Shown piece by piece: positions 8,373 to 17,658 of a stretch of 64,000 nt of DNA. The DNA is taken from NCBI GenBank assembly GCA_964427405.1, contig CAYRUB010000003.1, positions 64,946 to 128,945 on the forward strand. Reading direction: 5' to 3'. Numbering within the stretch: position 1 is the first letter of the stretch; the number at the start of each line of letters is the position of its first letter. Under the pieces are notes generated by a model. That model had not been told where the DNA came from. It saw nothing but the letters and a program-made list of their open reading frames with translations, and searched no databases. A program made the translations under genes and the position numbers. Source of the stretch: an uncultured Planctomycetales bacterium. Its GTDB lineage: Bacteria; Omnitrophota; Gorgyraeia; Gygaellales; Profunditerraquicolaceae.

Positions 8373-11300
8373 TTAAACCGCAACCGGCTGCTCCTGCTTT
8401 TCTTTATTCTGCGACAATTTTACCGAAACTATCTTTGAAACTCCCGACTGCTGCATAGTGATCCCATACATAATACTGGCATTTACAATCGTCTTCTTGT
8501 TATGGGTAATTACGATAAACTGCGAGGTCTTGGAAAACTCCTGCAGGACCCTTGAGAACCTGTCTACGTTAGCCTCATCAAGCGCAGCGTCAATTTCATC
8601 CAGAATACAGAACGGCGAAGGCTTGATTTTAAAAATAGCGAAGATAAGCGCAATCGCCGACATACTCTTTTCCCCGCCGCTTAACAAGAGCACATTCTGC
8701 AATTTCTTCCCCGGAGGCCGGCAGATAATCTCAATCCCCGACTCAAGCGGATCATTCTCGTCAACCAAAAACAACTGCGCGTCACCGCCGTTAAAGAGCA
8801 GGCGGAAATAATTCTTAAACTCCACCTTTACCTTCTCAAATGTCTCCATAAACATCTGCTTTGTCGTACGGTTAATCTTCAAAATCGCCTGATGCATCGA
8901 CTCCTTGGCAGTCAAAAGATCTGTTTGCTGCTGGATAAGAAAATCATAGCGCTGCTTTAATTCATCATACTCTTCAATCGCCACCAGATTAACCGTGCCA
9001 TAGGAATCTAACTTTCTCTTTAACTCGCCGATCTCATTGGCCAGCGCATCCTGATCCAACTCCTTATTTAACTCTTCCAGAAGATCCAAGTCAATTTTAT
9101 ACGCCGAAATCATCCTCTCCTTTATCGCCGAATAACGGTAATCCAGGTCTTTATCCTGCATCTCTAAATCATGCAACTGGTTTTTTATCTGCTCTAATTG
9201 CTTACGGTCAGTTTCGATTCTTTTAACCACCCCGACCGTACCGCTGGATACTTCATTATATTTAAGTTCAACCTCCAGAAGCCCGTCTTTCTTTTCTTTA
9301 ATCTGCGCCTCTGACTCATTAATCTTATTCTGACAATCTACAATCTCAAGCCTTAATCCCTGCTGGCGCTCTTTGGCCTCAGTAATCTGGCGCTCAATAT
9401 TTTCAAGGCTGGCCTTATCCTGCGCGTAAGTTTCATCGAGGATCTTCAAGGTTGCCACATCAGAACTAAAACGTTTGTTTAAAGCCTCAATCTCCGTCTT
9501 AGTCTGGGTAATTAAAACCAACACCTCTTCGCGCGCCTTACTGTTTAAGGCAATACTGTCCTCTTCCTGCACGATTAAATCCTGCCTTGACCTCTCTTCA
9601 TTATTTAAACTTAAAAGCCGGCCCTGGGCATCGGATAAATTCTGCTGGATCGCGGAAATCTCACGGCCGACATCGCCTAACTCCATGACAATTACATCCT
9701 CTTCCTCTTTTATTTTATTAAACTGCTCTAAGATCGTAGCGTGGCTGGATTCTTTATTCGCTAAAGCGATCTCATGATTACGCAGCTCCAGCTCAAGCGC
9801 CTCGGACATTTTATTTAATTCCGAAATACAGCTTTGGCGTAGCACCTTTCTACTTCTTAACTCACCAAGGTTTTCTTCAAGCCTGGCAATCTTATCACTG
9901 ATATTTTGCGTGTCTAATTCAATGGGCTTGGCCTCTCCGCTTATCTTAAATGCCGAAGGGCCAAGATGGGCCTTATCTTCATCGCTTAAGCATGACTGAT
10001 TCTGAACTTTTACCACAAGGCCGGTAACATTTTCCTTGGGCATCTTATCCAGATAGATCACCGCGTTAAGCGACTCACCAATATCATCATATTTGTTCTT
10101 TAATTTCTCCAGGAATTCTTTGTGCGAAACCAAAGTAAGCTTCTCGTTTTCTAGATTCGTAATCTCCTGGTTAACCCCGTTTAAATTTAATCCTTCCTGC
10201 TCAAGGCTGGCCTTAACACTCGCGATCTTCTGCTTGAAGCTATCCACTAATTCCCGGGTGCTGGCCAACTCCTGGGCAACCTTACTTAAAGCATCCTCGG
10301 CAATTACCTTTTCTTCATAGACTTTGGCCTTTTCAATCTCCAGCCTCTTTTTACGCGCCAGAAATACCTGATGTTTGGAATTAAACTCACTTACCTCATT
10401 ATGAGTATTTGAAATCCTGGTTTCTAAATCCAGGATAATCTTTTTGCTTTCAGAAATAGCCTCCAGAGAACTTTTAATAGAGGCACTAAGCTTATCAATC
10501 TCCTCTTCCTTCTGAGCCAAAACAAATTGCTTCTCTTCTATATTCTGCTTAAGGCTGTCGTATTCAACGCGCACCTTCTGCAGTTTTTCCTCATCCTGCA
10601 AAAGCTTGCTTCTTGACTGCTCAATCTGCTCCTCTAAAACCTGGCTATTCTCGGTTAACTCCGCGATACGCTGCTGGTTAAAAGTAATATGCTCGTTATT
10701 GCGCACCAGGCTGTTTTCCAGATTAAGTATTTCGCTGCGGCTGGCCATCAAACTTTCTTCCAGCACTTTTAACTCCGATTGACGGTTTGCGATCTTAGCC
10801 TCAAGTTCCGCGATCCCTTCACTTAATATTAAATCCTCTTTTCTTAATTCCTCCAATTGCTTAGCAATCTCATCCTTCTGTTTCAGGAAATTCTTTTTAT
10901 CCATAACCGCCAAATCGGTCTCTTTTAATTTTAACTCCTCAAAAACCTCCTTGTATCTGCGCGCTTTATTCGCCTGCCGCTCAAGAGAACCAATCTGCCG
11001 CTTTACCTCGGTAACAATATCATTAACCCGCAATAAGTTTTGCTCTGTCTCATCCAGCTTACGCGTAGTCTCTCTTTTCTGTGATTTATATTTACTTATC
11101 CCGCTTGCCTCATCAAAAACCATGCGCCGGTCTTCGGGCCGGGAGCTTAAAACTAAATCAATTTTTCCCTGCGCGATAATAGAATAACTCTCCGCGCCAA
11201 TACCCGTTCCTAACAATAAGTCCAGAATATCCTTTAGCCGCACCGTGGCTTTATTCAACAAGTATTCACTCTCCCCGCTCCTAAAAAGCCTGCGTGTAAT

Positions 11301-11597
11301 CATTACCTCCGGATGCTCTACATTAAAAAAACGGGTGGAGTTATCAAAAGTCAAACTTACCTCCGCCATACTTAACGGTTCCTTATTGTCCGCGCCGTTA
11401 AAAATGACATCCAGCATCTCTGAGCCGCGCAGTGACTTTGCAGATTGTTCTCCTAATACCCAGCGGATAGAATCAAAAATGTTGCTTTTCCCGCAACCAT
11501 TTGGGCCAACTACAGCGGTAATCCCCGGCTCAAAGTTAAGCACGGTCTTGTCGCAAAATGATTTAAAACCCAGAAGCTCAAGTCTTTTAAAATACAT
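8373..11597 (-). CDS. smc: Chromosome segregation protein SMC
   Basis: 1074 aa with Walker A GPNGCGKSNIFD, long coiled coils, a hinge, the ABC signature LSGGEKS and Walker B ILDEIDAALD. Confidence 0.95.
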   Translation of the reverse strand: MYFKRLELLGFKSFCDKTVLNFEPGITAVVGPNGCGKSNIFDSIRWVLGEQSAKSLRGSEMLDVIFNGADNKEPLSMAEVSLTFDNSTRFFNVEHPEVMITRRLFRSGESEYLLNKATVRLKDILDLLLGTGIGAESYSIIAQGKIDLVLSSRPEDRRMVFDEASGISKYKSQKRETTRKLDETEQNLLRVNDIVTEVKRQIGSLERQANKARRYKEVFEELKLKETDLAVMDKKNFLKQKDEIAKQLEELRKEDLILSEGIAELEAKIANRQSELKVLEESLMASRSEILNLENSLVRNNEHITFNQQRIAELTENSQVLEEQIEQSRSKLLQDEEKLQKVRVEYDSLKQNIEEKQFVLAQKEEEIDKLSASIKSSLEAISESKKIILDLETRISNTHNEVSEFNSKHQVFLARKKRLEIEKAKVYEEKVIAEDALSKVAQELASTRELVDSFKQKIASVKASLEQEGLNLNGVNQEITNLENEKLTLVSHKEFLEKLKNKYDDIGESLNAVIYLDKMPKENVTGLVVKVQNQSCLSDEDKAHLGPSAFKISGEAKPIELDTQNISDKIARLEENLGELRSRKVLRQSCISELNKMSEALELELRNHEIALANKESSHATILEQFNKIKEEEDVIVMELGDVGREISAIQQNLSDAQGRLLSLNNEERSRQDLIVQEEDSIALNSKAREEVLVLITQTKTEIEALNKRFSSDVATLKILDETYAQDKASLENIERQITEAKERQQGLRLEIVDCQNKINESEAQIKEKKDGLLEVELKYNEVSSGTVGVVKRIETDRKQLEQIKNQLHDLEMQDKDLDYRYSAIKERMISAYKIDLDLLEELNKELDQDALANEIGELKRKLDSYGTVNLVAIEEYDELKQRYDFLIQQQTDLLTAKESMHQAILKINRTTKQMFMETFEKVKVEFKNYFRLLFNGGDAQLFLVDENDPLESGIEIICRPPGKKLQNVLLLSGGEKSMSAIALIFAIFKIKPSPFCILDEIDAALDEANVDRFSRVLQEFSKTSQFIVITHNKKTIVNASIMYGITMQQSGVSKIVSVKLSQNKEKQEQPVAV

Positions 11598-11609
11598 GCT
11601 TTAATCCTC

Positions 11610-11792
11610 CTAACATGGTTGTGACTGTTGGCTTTCAAGCCAGTCATCAATTTTATCTTTTTTAAAGCGCCATTGCCCGACGAGCTTTAGCGCCGGTATC
11701 TTATTATGCTTTAGCCAATCATAAATAGTCCTGCGGGTTACCTTTAAGTAATCCGCCAGGTCTTCAATCGTCATTAAGTTACTACTTACCAT
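11610..11792 (-). CDS. Small HTH_17 (excisionase/MerR-like) DNA-binding protein
   Basis: 60 aa with TIEDLADYLKVTRRTIYDWLKHNKIPALKLVGQWRF, typical of the HTH_17 family. It lies 13 nt upstream of smc, with an AAGGAG RBS. Confidence 0.75.
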   Translation of the reverse strand: MVSSNLMTIEDLADYLKVTRRTIYDWLKHNKIPALKLVGQWRFKKDKIDDWLESQQSQPC

Positions 11793-11820
11793 TCAACATC
11801 TCCTTGAATACTATGTGCCT

Positions 11821-11849
11821 ATTATAAATAATTTACACAATCTTGTCAA
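11821..11849 (-). promoter_or_regulatory. Sigma70 consensus promoter (TTGACA-N17-TATAAT) driving the HTH-smc genes
   Basis: Minus strand reads TTGACAAGATTGTGTAAATTATTTATAAT, ~30 nt upstream of the HTH gene's RBS. Confidence 0.45.
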
Positions 11850-11993
11850 GGAGAATCTTTACATTCTTTAACATATAGCTGAGATTAAGGTTGATATGAG
11901 GCAAAATACTGCATAACCCTGCAAAGTAGACAGTGTATGTAACACTATATATATCAAATACTTATGCAAGAAATACTTCTCTCAATACAAAAT

Positions 11994-12053
11994 AATGGGG
12001 CCAGACTTATCTTTCCCTCTCAATCTTTTGAGAAAAATAAATCTGACCCCATT
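11994..12053 (-). terminator. Long imperfect hairpin downstream of etfA; candidate terminator for the bcd-etfBA operon
   Basis: Arms AATGGGGCCAGAC / ATCTGACCCCATT plus imperfect extensions. On the minus strand it is followed by ATTATTTTGTATTG. The loop/interior is larger than a classic terminator. Confidence 0.3.
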
Positions 12054-12068
12054 ACAACATAAGTTTCT

Positions 12069-13271
12069 TTATTTCCGAAGCGCTGTCTTGAAAGCTTGAG
12101 TCAAAGCTGGAACAATCTGAAAAAGATCTCCGACAATTCCGTAAGTAGCTATCTTAAAAATCGGAGCTTCGGGATCTTTGTTGATGGCGATAATAATCTT
12201 CGAGGACTGCATTCCCACAAGGTGCTGTATCTGGCCGCTTATTCCACAAGCAATATAAATCTTCGGAGCCACGGTCCTTCCGGTTTGGCCGACCTGATGC
12301 GAATAAGGTATCCAACCACTATCTACTGCCGCGCGGCTTGAGCCGACTGCCGCACCCAGGGCATGCGCTAATTCTTCCAGTAATTTAAAATTCTCCGCCC
12401 CTCCTAAACCGCGTCCTCCGGAAACAATAATATCCGCTTCGGATAAATTAACCGTAGACTCAATCTCGTCGATAATATCCAAAAGCTTTGTACGTGAAAC
12501 ATAAAGCGAGCTGTCAAAACTTTCTCTAATAATCTTTCCTTTACGTTTTTTATCCGCGGGCATGGGCGCAAATACCTTATGCCGTACCGTAGCCATCTGC
12601 GGCCGGTAATTCGGAGAAATAATTGTCGCCATAATATTGCCGCCAAAAGCCGGGCGTGTCTGCAGCAATATTTTTTTAACCGGATCGATGTCTAAACCGG
12701 TACAATCCGCGGTTAAGCCGGCTTTAATATTTATCGCCACGCGCGAAATCAAAGACCTGCCTATATTTGTCGCCCCGCATAAAAATATTTCAGGCTTATA
12801 TTTCTTTATCAACTCAACAATGATATTCGTATACGGTTCATCTTGGAAATTCGCCAGCTCCGGGGCCTCTACCAGATATAGATTATCCGCACCGCAAAAG
12901 ATCAGCTCATCCAACTGGTCCTCTAATTTATTACCGATCAAAACCCCGCTTACCTGGCAATTTAATTTATTAGCCAGCTCCTGCGCCTTACCTAGCAATT
13001 CATATGAAACCGACTGCACCCGGCCATTCTTCTGCTCGACAAAAACCCAAATTCCCTTGTAATCTTTTATATCCGGCAACTCACATTTAGCAGGAATTTT
13101 TTCTATCAAAACTGCCTTAAATTTACACACATCTTTACAGGCACCGCAAATGGTGCACTTATGCAAATCAATCGATGCTTTTTTATCCATTATGCGAATA
13201 GCATCGAACGGGCAGGCCTTTACACAAAGCGTACAACCCGTACATTTCTCAATAATAATCGCAATTGACAT
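12069..13271 (-). CDS. etfA: Electron transfer flavoprotein alpha subunit with an N-terminal 2x[4Fe-4S] ferredoxin domain (FixB-like)
   Basis: 400 aa. N-terminus has CTGCTLCVKACP and CTICGACKDVC, two CxxCxxCxxxCP motifs. The remainder is ETF-alpha, including the FAD-binding C-terminal domain. Confidence 0.9.
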   Translation of the reverse strand: MSIAIIIEKCTGCTLCVKACPFDAIRIMDKKASIDLHKCTICGACKDVCKFKAVLIEKIPAKCELPDIKDYKGIWVFVEQKNGRVQSVSYELLGKAQELANKLNCQVSGVLIGNKLEDQLDELIFCGADNLYLVEAPELANFQDEPYTNIIVELIKKYKPEIFLCGATNIGRSLISRVAINIKAGLTADCTGLDIDPVKKILLQTRPAFGGNIMATIISPNYRPQMATVRHKVFAPMPADKKRKGKIIRESFDSSLYVSRTKLLDIIDEIESTVNLSEADIIVSGGRGLGGAENFKLLEELAHALGAAVGSSRAAVDSGWIPYSHQVGQTGRTVAPKIYIACGISGQIQHLVGMQSSKIIIAINKDPEAPIFKIATYGIVGDLFQIVPALTQAFKTALRK

Positions 13272-13273
13272 CT

Positions 13274-14056
13274 TTAATTAACCTCGCCTTTAACTAAGTC
13301 CACCAGTTGTTTGGCAATATCAGGAATCTCACCCGTAAGTATCTGTCCGCCAACTCTATGCGCAGGAGTAAAAATTTTTACTACCTGAGTAGGTGATCCG
13401 CACAAACCAATCTGCTGCGGATCTAACTGCAACTCTTTCTGAGTAAGCGTAGTAATCTTGGCCGACTTTGCTTTCATCAATCCTCTTAATGAAGGAATTC
13501 GCGGTTCGTTAATCTCTTTAACTACTGTCAAAAGCGCCGGAAGCGGGGTCTCAATAATTTCATAGCCTTCCTCCAACATCCTTTCAACCTTCATCAATTT
13601 ATCCGTTGCCTCTTCTATCTTTTTAACATAAGTTACCTGAGGAATATTTAAATGTGTGGATATCCCCGGCCCCACCTGCGCCGTATCTCCGTCTGAAGCC
13701 TGCTTACCGCAAATAATCAAATCAAACGCGCCCAACTTCTTAATCGCTCCGGCCAATGTATAGCTGGTTGCCCAGGTATCACTTCCGGCAAAAGCGCGGT
13801 CGCACACCAGGAACCCTTCATCAGCTCCCATAGAAATCGCTTCACGCAAAGCTCCATCCGCTTGCGGCGGCCCCATTGTCAAAACAGAAACCTTGCCCCC
13901 GAATCTCTCCTTAAGCAACACCGCCTCCTCAATCGCGTACATATCAAAAGGGTTAATAATCGACTTGACCCCTTCGCGCATAAGCGTGTTTGTCTCGGGA
14001 TTAATTCTTACCTCAGTTGTCTCGGGAACCTGTTTTATACAAACTATTATATTCAT
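13274..14056 (-). CDS. etfB: Electron transfer flavoprotein beta subunit (FixA-like)
   Basis: 260 aa ETF-beta fold, directly upstream of etfA. Confidence 0.9.
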   Translation of the reverse strand: MNIIVCIKQVPETTEVRINPETNTLMREGVKSIINPFDMYAIEEAVLLKERFGGKVSVLTMGPPQADGALREAISMGADEGFLVCDRAFAGSDTWATSYTLAGAIKKLGAFDLIICGKQASDGDTAQVGPGISTHLNIPQVTYVKKIEEATDKLMKVERMLEEGYEIIETPLPALLTVVKEINEPRIPSLRGLMKAKSAKITTLTQKELQLDPQQIGLCGSPTQVVKIFTPAHRVGGQILTGEIPDIAKQLVDLVKGEVN

Positions 14057-14136
14057 TCTTTCTTCCTTGCCTGATTATCCTACTTACTTAAACTTACTTA
14101 CTCTTACTTATAATTAATTAAAATTACCTACTTTAT

Positions 14137-15288
14137 TTACTTAGCCATCTCCTTGATCAAAGCCAAAGCTATAATATTACGTTGCACCTGATTTGTCCCC
14201 TCGTAAATCTGGGTGATCTTGGCATCACGCACATATTTTTCAATTGGATAATCTTTCATATAACCATATCCGCCAAACAACTGCAAGGCATCAACAGTAA
14301 CCTTCATCGCTACATCAGAAGCATACATCTTAGCCATAGCGGATTCTTTCGCAACATCCTTAATTCCAGCATCAACCATCCTGGCAGTTGAATATACTAA
14401 ACCGCGCGCTGCCTCAACTTCAGTTGCCATATCCGCGAGCATCCACTGAATTCCCTGGAAGCTTGAGATAGGCTTACCAAACTGCACCCTTTCGCGCACA
14501 TATTTTACCGCCAGCTCCAGCGCACCCTGAGCAATACCTAATGCCTGAGCTGCTACGCCCGGACGCGACATATCAAAAGTTTTCATGGTTACAATAAACC
14601 CCATACCTTCCTTAGAAAGCAGGTTCTTAGCGGGAATCTTGCAATCAGTAAAAATTAATTCGCGCGTGCTTGATGCGCGAATGCCAAACTTGTCCTCTTT
14701 TTTACCAAAAGTAAAACCCGGCGTGCCCTTCTCTACAATAAACGCGGAGGCTCCGCGGGCACCTTTTGATTTATTAGTCATGGCAATCACAACATAAGTC
14801 TCCGCATCGCCGCCATTGGTAATAAAATGCTTAAGTCCGTTTAAAACATAATGGTCACCTTCTTTTTTAGCGGTAGTCTTAATCCCTGAGGCATCTGACC
14901 CAGCCTCCGGTTCAGTAATCGCGAATGCCGCTACTTTTTTGCCCTTTGCTAAATCCGGAAGATATTTTTTCTTCTGCTCATCATCCCCGAACAAGACAAT
15001 GGGAAAAGTTCCTAAGGCGCTGGCAGCATAACAAACTGCGATACCTCCGCAGGCGCGGGAAAACTCTTCAGTGGCCAGGCATAAATTAAAAACGCTGGTC
15101 GCAAATCCACCGTACTCCTCAGGGATAAATAGGCCAAACATATCTGATTCAGCCATAACCTTTAAAACATCCCAGGGGTATTCTTCGCTGATATCATATT
15201 TAGCCGCAGCAGGCCGGATCTTTTCTTCGGCAATCTTATGCGCCAAATCCTTAATCATCTTCTGTTCATCAGTCAACAAATAATCCAT
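14137..15288 (-). CDS. Acyl-CoA dehydrogenase (butyryl-CoA dehydrogenase-like)
   Basis: 383 aa in the ACAD family, with conserved N-terminal, middle and C-terminal domains and a catalytic Glu near the C-terminus (YEGTNQVQ). Adjacent to etfBA. Confidence 0.9.
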   Translation of the reverse strand: MDYLLTDEQKMIKDLAHKIAEEKIRPAAAKYDISEEYPWDVLKVMAESDMFGLFIPEEYGGFATSVFNLCLATEEFSRACGGIAVCYAASALGTFPIVLFGDDEQKKKYLPDLAKGKKVAAFAITEPEAGSDASGIKTTAKKEGDHYVLNGLKHFITNGGDAETYVVIAMTNKSKGARGASAFIVEKGTPGFTFGKKEDKFGIRASSTRELIFTDCKIPAKNLLSKEGMGFIVTMKTFDMSRPGVAAQALGIAQGALELAVKYVRERVQFGKPISSFQGIQWMLADMATEVEAARGLVYSTARMVDAGIKDVAKESAMAKMYASDVAMKVTVDALQLFGGYGYMKDYPIEKYVRDAKITQIYEGTNQVQRNIIALALIKEMAK

Positions 15289-15322
15289 TGAATCCTCCTA
15301 TCGTAAATTACCAAGTTTAAGA

Positions 15323-15350
15323 ATTGTACCATATTATTTAGATTTTACAA
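15323..15350 (-). promoter_or_regulatory. Candidate promoter for bcd-etfBA (TTGTAA-N16-TGgTACAAT, an extended -10)
   Basis: Minus strand reads TTGTAAAATCTAAATAATATGGTACAAT, ~30 nt upstream of the TAGGAGG RBS of the acyl-CoA dehydrogenase gene. Confidence 0.3.
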
Positions 15351-15794
15351 GATTTTTAACAGGGCAATTTCCTGGCAGTTGGGGAATTTACAGCAGTTAA
15401 TACACTCCGCCCAAATCTTATGCGGCAGGGCATCATGCTTAATTTTTCTAAAACCTATTCTTTTAAAAAACTCGGGCTTATAAGTTAATACAAAAATCTT
15501 CTTAGCTCCCATAATCTCGGCTTCCGCAAGGCAGGCTGTAACCAAATCCCGGCCAATACCTTTACTTTGCTTATTCCTGGCAACCGCTAAAGACTTAATC
15601 TCCGCTAAATCATCCCAGGAAATATGTAAAGCCGCGCAACCAGCTACCTTGCCCTTATCTTCATACACCCAGAAATCCCGGATATTCTCATAAAGCTCAT
15701 TCAACGAACGAGGCAACATCTCATCCCGCTTGGCGAAACAAGCGATTAACTCCTGAATTTGCTTTATGTCTTTTATTTTAGCTTTTCTAATCAT
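15345..15794 (-). CDS. GNAT family N-acetyltransferase (short ArgA-like amino-acid N-acetyltransferase)
   Basis: 149 aa with an acetyl-CoA binding motif QSKGIGRDLV and GNAT fold signatures. Confidence 0.75.
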   Translation of the reverse strand: MIRKAKIKDIKQIQELIACFAKRDEMLPRSLNELYENIRDFWVYEDKGKVAGCAALHISWDDLAEIKSLAVARNKQSKGIGRDLVTACLAEAEIMGAKKIFVLTYKPEFFKRIGFRKIKHDALPHKIWAECINCCKFPNCQEIALLKIL

Positions 15795-17014
15795 TTAATT
15801 TCCGTACCCTTTGCCACTACCACAATCCCCGATTCACTTACAAAAAATCTTTTCTTGTCCTCTTCCAGGTTAAAACCAATAATCATCCCCTGCGGAATGC
15901 TCACGTCTTTATCAATGATCGCCCGCTTAATTTTAGCATACCTGCCCACATTAACACCTTCCATCAGAATAGAATCATACACCTCGGAAAAACTATTTAT
16001 CCTTACATTAGGCGAGAGTATTGAACGCTGCACCCTGCCCCCGGAAACCACGCAGCCTTCAGAAACAATAGAATCAAGTACCAAACCAACCCGGCCTTCT
16101 TCACGATCCCCTGAGTGCACAGTCTTAACCGGAGGGTATTGTTCCTGGAAAGTCCTTAAAGGCCACTCCTGGTCGTAAAGATTAAAAGTAGGGTTAACCT
16201 GGATTAGCTCCATATTCGCTTCATAATAAGCATCTATTGTCCCGATATCCCGCCAATACTCCTCGTTCCTGTCTTTATCGCGGAAATTATAAGCTACAAT
16301 CTTCATCCCCTTCTTTAACATCTGCGGAATAATATTCTTGCCAAAATCATGCGAAGATTTATTGTTCTTAGCATCCTCAAGCAACTCCTGCACCAACACC
16401 GGCTGATTGAATACATATATCCCCATTGAACCATAGATCTTATCGGGTTTACCGGGAATAGTCTTTGGGTTTACCGGCTTCTCGTAAAAACCCGTAACCC
16501 GGCCGTCCGCATCCACCTCAACTACCCCCAATTGTTTAGACTTATCTTTTTCTACCTCTACAACCCCCACCGTCAGATCCGCATTCTGTTCGCGATGCAC
16601 ATCAATCATGGAATAATAATTCATTCTATAGATATGATCCCCGGCTAAAATCAAAACTTCATCCGGTTTATCCATTTCCAGGGTATAAATATTCTGGAAA
16701 ATCGCATCCGCCGTGCCCAAATACCAGGAATCACCTATGCGCTGCTGCGCAGGAAGAAGTTCAATAAACTGGCCTAATTCTGAAGGCAGAAAATTCCAAC
16801 CTAAGCGGATATGCCTCTGCAAAGAAGAAGATTTATACTGCGTAAGGATATAAATCTTGCGCAACCCTGAATTTATGCAATTGCTTAAAGTAAAATCAAT
16901 AATCCGGTATATCCCGCCAAAAGGCACCGCCGGTTTTGTGCGATCCTTAGTCAAAGGAAGAAGCCGTTCGCCTTTTCCCCCTGCCATAATAAATGTTAAT
17001 ACTTTACGCATCAT
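15791..17014 (-). CDS. glgC: Glucose-1-phosphate adenylyltransferase
   Basis: 407 aa with N-terminal GGKGERLLPLT, a nucleotidyltransferase motif, and a C-terminal left-handed beta-helix. Confidence 0.9.
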   Translation of the reverse strand: MMRKVLTFIMAGGKGERLLPLTKDRTKPAVPFGGIYRIIDFTLSNCINSGLRKIYILTQYKSSSLQRHIRLGWNFLPSELGQFIELLPAQQRIGDSWYLGTADAIFQNIYTLEMDKPDEVLILAGDHIYRMNYYSMIDVHREQNADLTVGVVEVEKDKSKQLGVVEVDADGRVTGFYEKPVNPKTIPGKPDKIYGSMGIYVFNQPVLVQELLEDAKNNKSSHDFGKNIIPQMLKKGMKIVAYNFRDKDRNEEYWRDIGTIDAYYEANMELIQVNPTFNLYDQEWPLRTFQEQYPPVKTVHSGDREEGRVGLVLDSIVSEGCVVSGGRVQRSILSPNVRINSFSEVYDSILMEGVNVGRYAKIKRAIIDKDVSIPQGMIIGFNLEEDKKRFFVSESGIVVVAKGTEIK

Positions 17015-17610
17015 TTGATAAACGCTCCGATTATACCATGCCTGATCATCATCACCGCGATTGCCGCCAATAATATATATATGATTTTAGAAAATGCCCT
17101 TATACCGCTGGGGCCGATCACCTTCATAATTGTATCAGTCTTGACCAAAGTAATCCAGACAAAAAACATATTTAATACCAGCGCCACTAAAGTAGGTATA
17201 ACGCCAAAGCTATTCATCATCATCAGCGTAGTAGTCAAAACCGCCGGCCCTGTTATCAATGGTGTGCCCAGCGGGAATACGCCCATATCCTTATCATGAG
17301 AGCTGGTCAATACGCTCTTCTGCGCCCCCGGCAATAAAAGCCGCACCGCGATAACAAACAATAACGCTCCGCCGGCAATCTGAAAATCAGGAATAGTTAT
17401 GCCCAGGAGAGAAAAAACCCAGGTGCCGATGAACATGAAAATAACCGCCACTACCATAGCAGTAAGAACTGCATCGAAAATTATCTTATGCCTTTGAACC
17501 TTTGATGTACCTTCCACCAAAGAAAGGAATATCGGGATATTTCCGATCGCATCCACCGCCACAAACAGCGGAATAAAGCTAAGTATATACGGCCTAAGCG
17601 CTTCCATCAT
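17011..17610 (-). CDS. marC: MarC family (UPF0056) integral membrane protein
   Basis: 199 aa with ~6 TM segments and MarC-family conservation. Confidence 0.8.
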   Translation of the reverse strand: MMEALRPYILSFIPLFVAVDAIGNIPIFLSLVEGTSKVQRHKIIFDAVLTAMVVAVIFMFIGTWVFSLLGITIPDFQIAGGALLFVIAVRLLLPGAQKSVLTSSHDKDMGVFPLGTPLITGPAVLTTTLMMMNSFGVIPTLVALVLNMFFVWITLVKTDTIMKVIGPSGIRAFSKIIYILLAAIAVMMIRHGIIGAFIK

Positions 17611-17658
17611 GAATATATTATATAAAATAGTTAATTAAATGCAACAATTATAAAAGGT

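Noticed and set aside
11793-12068. Possible tRNA, ncRNA or small ORF in the largest intergenic gap
   Set aside because: There is no cloverleaf-compatible sequence and no T-loop GTTCGA-like motif. The only ORFs are 6 codons or fewer. The gap is explained by a promoter plus a hairpin.
14057-14136. Short TAAGTAAG / CTTACTTA tandem-like repeats between acd and etfB
   Set aside because: This is an AT-rich low-complexity spacer. The copies are too few and too irregular for a CRISPR array or a meaningful tandem repeat.
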